DNA of 9,731 bases, taken from Naegleria gruberi. Lineage: Eukaryota. The notes beneath the pieces are model-generated. The model was given only the letters and a program-made list of their open reading frames with translations. It ran no database searches and was not told where the DNA came from. Of the stretch, positions 1 through 8,880 are shown one piece after another. The stretch lies in NCBI GenBank assembly GCA_000004985.1, contig GG739034.1; one strand, 5' to 3'. Each line of letters begins with the position of its first letter. Position 1 is the first letter of the stretch. The translations under genes and the position numbers were made by a program.

Positions 1-149
1 TGGACATGTTGCTATTTTTTCGGCAAATTAAATGTTATAACTTTTAAAAACGATGCGATTGAGCTCCTGAAAGGTTTGTGGTTGACTGTGAAAACTGTTC
101 AATTCGCAATAAAAAAATTGAAAAGATCTCACCCCGTTGACAATAAATC
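1..149 (+). promoter_or_regulatory. 5' flanking / putative promoter and 5'UTR of the 150..1232 gene
   Basis: Non-coding, AT-rich stretch directly upstream of the first ATG in a good context (aaatcATGg); A-runs (aataaaaaaattgaaaag) as seen upstream of dictyostelid-type genes. No specific motif verified. Confidence 0.3.
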
Positions 150-1232
150 ATGGTTAATAGTAGTGAGCCTAATAGGAAACAAATTGAAGAAGAGCACAAC
201 AACACACTTTATCAATGGTTTCTAGATCTTGGTAGAGCAATCCAAAAAGCTGGCACAGATGATAATCCCTTTGGTAAATTGCACTCGTTAGTTTCCTCAC
301 AACAGTGGTATATTGACGCCACAAAATTTGTTTTTGATCCACCCAAAGCAGAATACAAACACAGATATGTTCTTGTACTTATTTCCAATTTAAAGACTTT
401 GATTGTTAATTCTGAAGTTTTAATTCAGAAAAAAGATGAAATTGTCGAAAAACAAGTTGCAGAAGCTAGTATCAGAGCTTTGGAAGAAAAATATTTGGGA
501 TTTAAGAAATCAATCAAAGCACAACAAAACTCATTGCAAAAGCCAAGAGAAGCTTCATTGATAGCATTGTTCAACATTTCATTTGGAATTTGGATGGGTT
601 TATTTGTTTTGATGTTGTCCATGGGTTCAAATGTTGGTTTTGCTTACAAAGTTGAGACAACTGCAAATGATTTGGCAAAAGCCATAAACTCTACATTCAT
701 ACCTACTAGCAACATGACACTAAATTCAACATCTAGCAATACCACAAATCACAATGCAGAGATCATTGCAGACATTAATTGGTACATGGCATCAAGAGGA
801 TTCACCAATTTATTCAGCCTTTTCAGTAGCAGTATTGTTCGTATTACAACCTTTTCAATCTTGATTACCATTATTGACTTGTTTCTTGGACTTGAATTTA
901 AGGATTATCTAACCTCTACCTCTTTTAAAAAGAGAAGACAATATTTATTCTTTACTTTTTACATTTCAATTTGTTCTGGATTTTTGGCGCACCTTGTTAT
1001 ATTTGTTGTCTTTGTTGCTTTGTTTAATGGTTTAGTAGTTGGTGCTGGAAGTATGCCCTTTCAAACTTTTGTGTCAGTGGTCAAGTATGCACAGATTGTT
1101 GGCATATTAGGAATGATTTCTGTGTTGTTATTTACTGTTTTCCTTAAAATTTTAATGGTTTGTCAAGTAAGAAAGAGTGAAGATAGATTTGTTGCTAAAA
1201 AACGTAAAGGTTGCTGTCGCTGCTGCTGTTGA
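150..1232 (+). CDS. Hypothetical multi-pass membrane protein (360 aa). N-terminal ~130 aa soluble/charged region, ~5 predicted TM helices, a putative N-glycosylated loop (NSTFIPTSNMTLNSTSSNTTNHN) and a poly-cysteine C-terminus (KRKGCCRCCC)
   Basis: Uninterrupted ORF with ATG at 150 and TGA at 1230-1232, AT-biased codon usage consistent with the other genes. Hydrophobic segments: ASLIALFNISFGIWMGLFVLMLSMG, IVRITTFSILITIIDLFLGL, YLFFTFYISICSGFLAHLVIFVVFVALFNGLVVGAG (probably two helices), IVGILGMISVLLFTVFLKILMV. Basic stretch plus Cys cluster at the extreme C-terminus. No family recognised by eye. Confidence 0.7.
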   Translation: MVNSSEPNRKQIEEEHNNTLYQWFLDLGRAIQKAGTDDNPFGKLHSLVSSQQWYIDATKFVFDPPKAEYKHRYVLVLISNLKTLIVNSEVLIQKKDEIVEKQVAEASIRALEEKYLGFKKSIKAQQNSLQKPREASLIALFNISFGIWMGLFVLMLSMGSNVGFAYKVETTANDLAKAINSTFIPTSNMTLNSTSSNTTNHNAEIIADINWYMASRGFTNLFSLFSSSIVRITTFSILITIIDLFLGLEFKDYLTSTSFKKRRQYLFFTFYISICSGFLAHLVIFVVFVALFNGLVVGAGSMPFQTFVSVVKYAQIVGILGMISVLLFTVFLKILMVCQVRKSEDRFVAKKRKGCCRCCC

Positions 1233-1255
1233 GGATCAATTGTTAATATTCTTTA

Positions 1256-3103
1256 TTAAATAAATTCATCAATTCGTATATCTGTATGTCCAGTCATATA
1301 ATTGATTTTTGTTGGTTGTTTTAATTGTGGTATAGCTTCTGGTGAGAAAGCTTTAAGCTTTGGAAAACCTCCAATTCCAGTCAGATATTTAGGTGCCAGA
1401 TTATTGACTATAGGTACTAAAATAGGTGTAATTGTTAAATCTACCCAATAAAGTTCTAAATGTATCAAATTTTTCAGAGATGGTCCAGAATGTAACATAT
1501 CAGTTGCATAAATATCAAATTCATAATAAAAACTCAAATATCTTAATTTTGGAAAATTTGAATGAGCTAAACTTGATGTAAACTTTGAGTCGTATTTGAA
1601 CTTGCCTGAAGGAACTCTTGTAAACTTTAAAGTTTGTAAATTTAGTAAATTTCCCTTGCATAAATATGAAATTCCATCAAATGTAATTTCACTTCCTAAA
1701 TATAATGTTGTCAAGTTACTCATTCTTGATAAATATTTCATTTCTTCACTATCAATGTGTGTTTGAATAATTCGTAAATCAGTTATTTTTGAAAGTTGGG
1801 ATATGTGATTCATACATCCACTTTTCATTACTACTCTTCTTAACTCTAAATAGGTTAGATTTTGAACTTTTTCACAGAATTTTCGTATTACATATTCATC
1901 TATTTCATTTCCTTGTTTTGTATTTAGAATGCATAAATATTTCAAATTAAGAAAGTTACCCTCACTCAATTCAGAGAATGTATTATTGTCAACAGGACCA
2001 ATTTCTAGATGAGTGAGATTATTTTGAAGAGGTAATAAACATCTGTAAGGTAAATCTACTTCCAATTTTGATTGAAAACAAAGTTTTTGGAGTGTATGAA
2101 TTTTTCCAATTTGTTTCATACATTCACTATTTAAATGTGAGTGAAGAAAAGTCAATTCTCTCCATGAATTACCACTATTCAACACATTCATAATTGATTT
2201 TGTAGACATCTCCAAATCTATTGAAAAAGATTCAAGATTTGGTAACATTGAACTATTAATTGGTGCTATGTATGAAATATTGTCTTTTTGAGATGATTCT
2301 GGAGGTCTTGCAACAAAGTTAATATGTTTCAAAGTTCTAATATTTCCTGGTTGAGTCAATAATTGATTAACACCTTCATCTCCAATTCTATTACGAAGTG
2401 TAAGATGTGTTAGACGAGTCAACTTTGATTTGGTCAATACAAGTGTTGCCTTATAATCAAGCCCATTATCAATCAATGTTAGATCTGTTAAATTTAGTAA
2501 ATTAGTACATATAGTTCTTAAATTTTCAACTTCCATTTGAACACTTATTAATTTTAGAGTTGTAATTGGTGAAATATCTTTAGCAGGAATAACAATTGTA
2601 ATAATATTAGTATTTTGTAATGTCAATAATTCCAATTTTTTTGAATTGAATAACCTTTTAAAAAAAGATCTGTTAAGAAAAATAGTTTCCTCAAATTCTG
2701 GAAAAGTTCTTATTTCCATTTGTGAGAATATTTGCAAGAGATCACCTTTCATTAATCCACTCATTTCCTCCTCATCATTTAATGATTCAAATCTGTACCT
2801 TGCTGATTTATGCTTCACATTTACACACTTGATTCCTCTAGTATCACATTCTTTGACAATTCTTCTCCACTCGGAACAAACTCCAGCAAAAGCAATCAAA
2901 GTATGTGAATTAAAATAGGGAACAATAACATTGCAAAATATATCTTGACTCAATTGTAATATTTTAGAATAAATCATCATGTTAATACTATTATCTGTTG
3001 TTGTTGTGCTATTACTATCGGTTGTTGTGTTATTATTGATGGATTGATAGTGGGTACTTTCTCTAGAAAAACAACAGAATGATGGACAACAAGTTGTCAA
3101 CAT
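1256..3103 (-). CDS. F-box / leucine-rich-repeat protein (615 aa), presumptive SCF ubiquitin-ligase substrate-recognition subunit
   Basis: Single long minus-strand ORF (ATG at 3101-3103 in AAAAAAAAAATAAGAGAGCATG context; stop TAA = tta at 1256-1258). N-terminal Asn/Thr-rich low-complexity segment, then an F-box-like motif (ILQLSQDIFCNVIVPYFNSHTLIAFAGVCSEWRRIV; the L..L..IF..L...L.....VCK.WR.I pattern). A long series of leucine-rich repeats of the LxxLxLxxN / cysteine-containing type follows (e.g. LELLTLQNTNI, LRTICTNLLNLTDLTLIDNGLD, LTRLTHLTLRNRIGDEGVNQL, LTYLELRRVVMKSGCMNHISQLSKITDLRI, LQTLKFTRV, LIHLELYWVDL). An alternative start at the internal Met pair (MMIYSKILQ...) is possible. Confidence 0.75.
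   Translation of the reverse strand: MLTTCCPSFCCFSRESTHYQSINNNTTTDSNSTTTTDNSINMMIYSKILQLSQDIFCNVIVPYFNSHTLIAFAGVCSEWRRIVKECDTRGIKCVNVKHKSARYRFESLNDEEEMSGLMKGDLLQIFSQMEIRTFPEFEETIFLNRSFFKRLFNSKKLELLTLQNTNIITIVIPAKDISPITTLKLISVQMEVENLRTICTNLLNLTDLTLIDNGLDYKATLVLTKSKLTRLTHLTLRNRIGDEGVNQLLTQPGNIRTLKHINFVARPPESSQKDNISYIAPINSSMLPNLESFSIDLEMSTKSIMNVLNSGNSWRELTFLHSHLNSECMKQIGKIHTLQKLCFQSKLEVDLPYRCLLPLQNNLTHLEIGPVDNNTFSELSEGNFLNLKYLCILNTKQGNEIDEYVIRKFCEKVQNLTYLELRRVVMKSGCMNHISQLSKITDLRIIQTHIDSEEMKYLSRMSNLTTLYLGSEITFDGISYLCKGNLLNLQTLKFTRVPSGKFKYDSKFTSSLAHSNFPKLRYLSFYYEFDIYATDMLHSGPSLKNLIHLELYWVDLTITPILVPIVNNLAPKYLTGIGGFPKLKAFSPEAIPQLKQPTKINYMTGHTDIRIDEFI
1259..1264 (+). terminator. AATAAA polyadenylation-signal candidate for the 150..1232 gene, located inside the last codons of the convergent minus-strand gene
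   Basis: aataaa at 1259-1264, 27 nt past the TGA of gene 1. The reverse-complement hexamer tttatt (AATAAA on the minus strand) sits at 1252-1257, overlapping the minus-strand stop codon (tta at 1256-1258). Confidence 0.3.
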
Positions 3104-3245
3104 GCTCTCTTATTTTTTTTTGAACCTTAACTCCATTTTCCCCATTTTTCTTTTGATTCGGCAAAATACACAAAAACGTACAAAAATGTAAAAAATATTA
3201 CAACGATGACTTTTGAAAGAGTTTACCAAAACCGACTGTTAAAAA
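3104..3245. promoter_or_regulatory. Divergent intergenic region, putative bidirectional promoter for the minus-strand F-box/LRR gene and the plus-strand signal-peptide gene
   Basis: 142 bp between two divergently oriented start codons. Contains a T10 run (3112-3121), which reads as A10 immediately upstream of the minus-strand ATG, and A-rich sequence (caaaaatgtaaaaaatattacaa ... gttaaaaaATG) before the plus-strand ATG. No TATA box confidently placed. Confidence 0.4.
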
Positions 3246-3479
3246 ATGAAGAGAGCTCGAGATGAAATGAGAAGCGCAAACAACATTGTCCTGTTATTAT
3301 TCTTGTTGATGATGATGACAATCTTTTCCACAACAACAACAGCAGCAACTACAAGTTCCACCACTAAATTATCATATATTTCAACAATTGCAGGAAGTGG
3401 ATTAATGGCAGCAGCAGGTATGGAAGGAGATGGTGGTTTGGCTATTAATGCCCAATTAATTCTCCCTCCTATTCAATAA
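3246..3479 (+). CDS. 5' end of a secreted/surface protein gene: signal peptide plus first NHL-repeat-like motif. Probably a partial exon or a fragment truncated by sequence problems at the gap edge
   Basis: ATG at 3246 (second in-frame ATG at 3267). MRSANNIVLLLFLLMMMTIFS is a textbook signal peptide (basic n-region, Leu/Met-rich h-region), followed by a Thr-rich linker. Then STIAGSGLMAAAGMEGDGGLAINAQL matches the core of the NHL-type beta-propeller repeat (IAG.G..G..GDGG.A..A.L..P.G), where G/D/N-rich blade continues in known NHL repeats. The ORF stops (TAA 3477-3479) only 5 nt before the N run, which would be premature for an NHL blade. This suggests a frameshift or low-quality bases at the contig edge, or an unrecognised intron. 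Confidence 0.5.
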   Translation: MKRARDEMRSANNIVLLLFLLMMMTIFSTTTTAATTSSTTKLSYISTIAGSGLMAAAGMEGDGGLAINAQLILPPIQ

Positions 3480-3484
3480 TATTT

Positions 3485-6400
3485 NNNNNNNNNNNNNNNN
3501 NNNNNNNNNNNNNNNNNNNNNNNNNNNNNNNNNNNNNNNNNNNNNNNNNNNNNNNNNNNNNNNNNNNNNNNNNNNNNNNNNNNNNNNNNNNNNNNNNNNN
3601 NNNNNNNNNNNNNNNNNNNNNNNNNNNNNNNNNNNNNNNNNNNNNNNNNNNNNNNNNNNNNNNNNNNNNNNNNNNNNNNNNNNNNNNNNNNNNNNNNNNN
3701 NNNNNNNNNNNNNNNNNNNNNNNNNNNNNNNNNNNNNNNNNNNNNNNNNNNNNNNNNNNNNNNNNNNNNNNNNNNNNNNNNNNNNNNNNNNNNNNNNNNN
3801 NNNNNNNNNNNNNNNNNNNNNNNNNNNNNNNNNNNNNNNNNNNNNNNNNNNNNNNNNNNNNNNNNNNNNNNNNNNNNNNNNNNNNNNNNNNNNNNNNNNN
3901 NNNNNNNNNNNNNNNNNNNNNNNNNNNNNNNNNNNNNNNNNNNNNNNNNNNNNNNNNNNNNNNNNNNNNNNNNNNNNNNNNNNNNNNNNNNNNNNNNNNN
4001 NNNNNNNNNNNNNNNNNNNNNNNNNNNNNNNNNNNNNNNNNNNNNNNNNNNNNNNNNNNNNNNNNNNNNNNNNNNNNNNNNNNNNNNNNNNNNNNNNNNN
4101 NNNNNNNNNNNNNNNNNNNNNNNNNNNNNNNNNNNNNNNNNNNNNNNNNNNNNNNNNNNNNNNNNNNNNNNNNNNNNNNNNNNNNNNNNNNNNNNNNNNN
4201 NNNNNNNNNNNNNNNNNNNNNNNNNNNNNNNNNNNNNNNNNNNNNNNNNNNNNNNNNNNNNNNNNNNNNNNNNNNNNNNNNNNNNNNNNNNNNNNNNNNN
4301 NNNNNNNNNNNNNNNNNNNNNNNNNNNNNNNNNNNNNNNNNNNNNNNNNNNNNNNNNNNNNNNNNNNNNNNNNNNNNNNNNNNNNNNNNNNNNNNNNNNN
4401 NNNNNNNNNNNNNNNNNNNNNNNNNNNNNNNNNNNNNNNNNNNNNNNNNNNNNNNNNNNNNNNNNNNNNNNNNNNNNNNNNNNNNNNNNNNNNNNNNNNN
4501 NNNNNNNNNNNNNNNNNNNNNNNNNNNNNNNNNNNNNNNNNNNNNNNNNNNNNNNNNNNNNNNNNNNNNNNNNNNNNNNNNNNNNNNNNNNNNNNNNNNN
4601 NNNNNNNNNNNNNNNNNNNNNNNNNNNNNNNNNNNNNNNNNNNNNNNNNNNNNNNNNNNNNNNNNNNNNNNNNNNNNNNNNNNNNNNNNNNNNNNNNNNN
4701 NNNNNNNNNNNNNNNNNNNNNNNNNNNNNNNNNNNNNNNNNNNNNNNNNNNNNNNNNNNNNNNNNNNNNNNNNNNNNNNNNNNNNNNNNNNNNNNNNNNN
4801 NNNNNNNNNNNNNNNNNNNNNNNNNNNNNNNNNNNNNNNNNNNNNNNNNNNNNNNNNNNNNNNNNNNNNNNNNNNNNNNNNNNNNNNNNNNNNNNNNNNN
4901 NNNNNNNNNNNNNNNNNNNNNNNNNNNNNNNNNNNNNNNNNNNNNNNNNNNNNNNNNNNNNNNNNNNNNNNNNNNNNNNNNNNNNNNNNNNNNNNNNNNN
5001 NNNNNNNNNNNNNNNNNNNNNNNNNNNNNNNNNNNNNNNNNNNNNNNNNNNNNNNNNNNNNNNNNNNNNNNNNNNNNNNNNNNNNNNNNNNNNNNNNNNN
5101 NNNNNNNNNNNNNNNNNNNNNNNNNNNNNNNNNNNNNNNNNNNNNNNNNNNNNNNNNNNNNNNNNNNNNNNNNNNNNNNNNNNNNNNNNNNNNNNNNNNN
5201 NNNNNNNNNNNNNNNNNNNNNNNNNNNNNNNNNNNNNNNNNNNNNNNNNNNNNNNNNNNNNNNNNNNNNNNNNNNNNNNNNNNNNNNNNNNNNNNNNNNN
5301 NNNNNNNNNNNNNNNNNNNNNNNNNNNNNNNNNNNNNNNNNNNNNNNNNNNNNNNNNNNNNNNNNNNNNNNNNNNNNNNNNNNNNNNNNNNNNNNNNNNN
5401 NNNNNNNNNNNNNNNNNNNNNNNNNNNNNNNNNNNNNNNNNNNNNNNNNNNNNNNNNNNNNNNNNNNNNNNNNNNNNNNNNNNNNNNNNNNNNNNNNNNN
5501 NNNNNNNNNNNNNNNNNNNNNNNNNNNNNNNNNNNNNNNNNNNNNNNNNNNNNNNNNNNNNNNNNNNNNNNNNNNNNNNNNNNNNNNNNNNNNNNNNNNN
5601 NNNNNNNNNNNNNNNNNNNNNNNNNNNNNNNNNNNNNNNNNNNNNNNNNNNNNNNNNNNNNNNNNNNNNNNNNNNNNNNNNNNNNNNNNNNNNNNNNNNN
5701 NNNNNNNNNNNNNNNNNNNNNNNNNNNNNNNNNNNNNNNNNNNNNNNNNNNNNNNNNNNNNNNNNNNNNNNNNNNNNNNNNNNNNNNNNNNNNNNNNNNN
5801 NNNNNNNNNNNNNNNNNNNNNNNNNNNNNNNNNNNNNNNNNNNNNNNNNNNNNNNNNNNNNNNNNNNNNNNNNNNNNNNNNNNNNNNNNNNNNNNNNNNN
5901 NNNNNNNNNNNNNNNNNNNNNNNNNNNNNNNNNNNNNNNNNNNNNNNNNNNNNNNNNNNNNNNNNNNNNNNNNNNNNNNNNNNNNNNNNNNNNNNNNNNN
6001 NNNNNNNNNNNNNNNNNNNNNNNNNNNNNNNNNNNNNNNNNNNNNNNNNNNNNNNNNNNNNNNNNNNNNNNNNNNNNNNNNNNNNNNNNNNNNNNNNNNN
6101 NNNNNNNNNNNNNNNNNNNNNNNNNNNNNNNNNNNNNNNNNNNNNNNNNNNNNNNNNNNNNNNNNNNNNNNNNNNNNNNNNNNNNNNNNNNNNNNNNNNN
6201 NNNNNNNNNNNNNNNNNNNNNNNNNNNNNNNNNNNNNNNNNNNNNNNNNNNNNNNNNNNNNNNNNNNNNNNNNNNNNNNNNNNNNNNNNNNNNNNNNNNN
6301 NNNNNNNNNNNNNNNNNNNNNNNNNNNNNNNNNNNNNNNNNNNNNNNNNNNNNNNNNNNNNNNNNNNNNNNNNNNNNNNNNNNNNNNNNNNNNNNNNNNN

Positions 6401-7624
6401 NNNNNNNNNNNNNNNNNNNNNNNNNNNNNNNNNNNNNNNNNNNNNNNNNNNNNNNNNNNNNNNNNNNNNNNNNNNNNNNNNNNNNNNNNNNNNNNNNNNN
6501 NNNNNNNNNNNNNNNNNNNNNNNNNNNNNNNNNNNNNNNNNNNNNNNNNNNNNNNNNNNNNNNNNNNNNNNNNNNNNNNNNNNNNNNNNNNNNNNNNNNN
6601 NNNNNNNNNNNNNNNNNNNNNNNNNNNNNNNNNNNNNNNNNNNNNNNNNNNNNNNNNNNNNNNNNNNNNNNNNNNNNNNNNNNNNNNNNNNNNNNNNNNN
6701 NNNNNNNNNNNNNNNNNNNNNNNNNNNNNNNNNNNNNNNNNNNNNNNNNNNNNNNNNNNNNNNNNNNNNNNNNNNNNNNNNNNNNNNNNNNNNNNNNNNN
6801 NNNNNNNNNNNNNNNNNNNNNNNNNNNNNNNNNNNNNNNNNNNNNNNNNNNNNNNNNNNNNNNNNNNNNNNNNNNNNNNNNNNNNNNNNNNNNNNNNNNN
6901 NNNNNNNNNNNNNNNNNNNNNNNNNNNNNNNNNNNNNNNNNNNNNNNNNNNNNNNNNNNNNNNNNNNNNNNNNNNNNNNNNNNNNNNNNNNNNNNNNNNN
7001 NNNNNNNNNNNNNNNNNNNNNNNNNNNNNNNNNNNNNNNNNNNNNNNNNNNNNNNNNNNNNNNNNNNNNNNNNNNNNNNNNNNNNNNNNNNNNNNNNNNN
7101 NNNNNNNNNNNNNNNNNNNNNNNNNNNNNNNNNNNNNNNNNNNNNNNNNNNNNNNNNNNNNNNNNNNNNNNNNNNNNNNNNNNNNNNNNNNNNNNNNNNN
7201 NNNNNNNNNNNNNNNNNNNNNNNNNNNNNNNNNNNNNNNNNNNNNNNNNNNNNNNNNNNNNNNNNNNNNNNNNNNNNNNNNNNNNNNNNNNNNNNNNNNN
7301 NNNNNNNNNNNNNNNNNNNNNNNNNNNNNNNNNNNNNNNNNNNNNNNNNNNNNNNNNNNNNNNNNNNNNNNNNNNNNNNNNNNNNNNNNNNNNNNNNNNN
7401 NNNNNNNNNNNNNNNNNNNNNNNNNNNNNNNNNNNNNNNNNNNNNNNNNNNNNNNNNNNNNNNNNNNNNNNNNNNNNNNNNNNNNNNNNNNNNNNNNNNN
7501 NNNNNNNNNNNNNNNNNNNNNNNNNNNNNNNNNNNNNNNNNNNNNNNNNNNNNNNNNNNNNNNNNNNNNNNNNNNNNNNNNNNNNNNNNNNNNNNNNNNN
7601 NNNNNNNNNNNNNNNNNNNNNNNN
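3485..7624. other. Assembly gap (4,140 consecutive N)
   Basis: Uninterrupted run of n from 3485 to 7624. Coding sequence runs right up to both edges on the + strand, so the gap lies inside or between + strand coding sequence. Confidence 0.99.
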
Positions 7625-7626
7625 TA

Positions 7627-8880
7627 TGTAGTGGTATAATTTCCACTAATATATCTGTTTGTAGTAGAAAGGGTGATTGTATTGGTGCCAATCTTTGTAT
7701 CTGTTTAACTGGTTGGGGAGGTGAAGATTGTTCCACACCAATTTGTAATAATATTCTATCTACCAATGCTACTACCAATACTGATAGTAATGGAACTATA
7801 GTTAGCAATAATACATTGGTGTGTAGTGGACATGGTGAATGTACTAGTCCAAATCAATGCAATTGTAATTTAAATTGGGGTGGTAAACAATGTGAAATAC
7901 CTAAATGTCAAGGTATATTGGCTAGCAATGAGGCAGTTTGCAACTCTAGAGGAAAATGTGTCAATGAAAATCAATGTCAATGTAATGAAATGTGGGGAGG
8001 TCAATTTTGTGAAATTCCATTTTGTAATGGAACTTTAGCAACTGATTCAAATGTGTGTAATTCATTGGGAGTATGTGTTGGTCCAAATCAATGTAAATGT
8101 CTCTCAGGTTGGGGTGGTAAACTATGTACAATACCATCATGTAATGGAATTCTTGCATTTGATGAGAATGAAGTGTGTATCGCAAAGAGTAATGCATGTA
8201 GTGGAAATGGAAAGTGTATTGATCTTAATCGATGCAAATGTGAGAAAGGTTGGACTGGTCCATTATGTTCAACACCAACATGTAATGGAACATCGGCTAC
8301 TGACCTAACTGTATGTAATGGTTTTGGAGTGTGTGTTGCACCAGATAAGTGTAATTGTTATAGAGATTGGGGAGGTGAATTTTGTACCATTCCAACATGT
8401 AATGGAACTTTAGCCACAGATCCAACAGTATGTAACTCGAGGGGTATTTGTATTGAGAATGATGAATGTAGGTGCAATTCATGGGGTGGAAAACTATGTG
8501 CAACACCAACATGTAATGGAATTGTTGCCACAGATCCAAACGTGTGCAATTCAAGTGGTGTTTGTGTCGATTTTGATAAGTGTGAATGTTTTTCTGGTTA
8601 TGGAGATGCATTCTGTGGCACTTTAAGTTGTAATAGCATTTTATCCACTCACATTAATGTAGAAGGAGCTGTGTGTAGTGGTCGTGGATTGTGTTTGGGA
8701 CCAAATAAGTGTATCTGTCAACCGAATTGGGGTGGTTTCATGTGTGGCTTTCCAAAATGTTTCGATATTTCAGGAGACAAGAAAGAAGTATGTTCTGGAC
8801 ATGGTGATTGTATAGCAGTTGATACATGTAAATGTTATCAGGGTTATATGGATTATGATTGTAGTAGTGTTGTTCCTGAC
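7627..8880 (+). repeat. Degenerate tandem coding repeat (period ~114-117 nt, with 130-, 141- and 162-nt variants) encoding the EGF-like modules
   Basis: The 'tgtaatgga' (CNG) repeat anchor recurs at 8023, 8140, 8281, 8398 and 8512, with equivalent tgt anchors at 7627, 7744, 7906, 8628 and 8758. Units 8398 and 8512 share longer nucleotide identity (ccaacatgtaatggaa..gccacagatccaa). Other units are conserved mainly at the protein level. Confidence 0.7.

Noticed and set aside
425-622. 65-aa minus-strand ORF inside gene 1
   Set aside because: Antisense overlap with the supported 360-aa CDS. Spurious.
2646-2918. 90-aa + strand ORF inside the F-box/LRR gene
   Set aside because: Antisense to a well-supported 615-aa CDS, with no independent coding signal.
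3112-3121. T10 homopolymer as a possible transcription terminator
   Set aside because: It lies between two divergent start codons in a eukaryotic genome, so it is more plausibly part of the A-rich start context and promoter of the minus-strand gene than a terminator.
7625-7631. ATG at 7626 immediately after the gap (tATGTAG)
   Set aside because: It is followed directly by TAG in that frame, whereas the adjacent frame (from 7627) is the open EGF-module frame. Not a start codon.
3456-7808. 1450-aa minus-strand ORF in the provided track
   Set aside because: About 1,380 of its residues are X from translating the N gap. The real flanks are just the antisense of + strand coding sequence (7625..7808) and of the 3' end of the 3246..3479 ORF. 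Not a gene.
7816-7818. TTG given as the start (M) of the EGF-repeat ORF
   Set aside because: The same frame is open back to 7627 (first base after the gap) and encodes further bona fide EGF modules. TTG is not a credible eukaryotic start. The ORF is 5'-partial.
7627-8880. Possibility that the ~117-nt tandem repeat is a satellite or CRISPR-like non-coding array
   Set aside because: The units are conserved at the amino-acid level (Cys spacing, WGG, CNGT) much more than at the nucleotide level and maintain one open reading frame. This is a coding EGF array.
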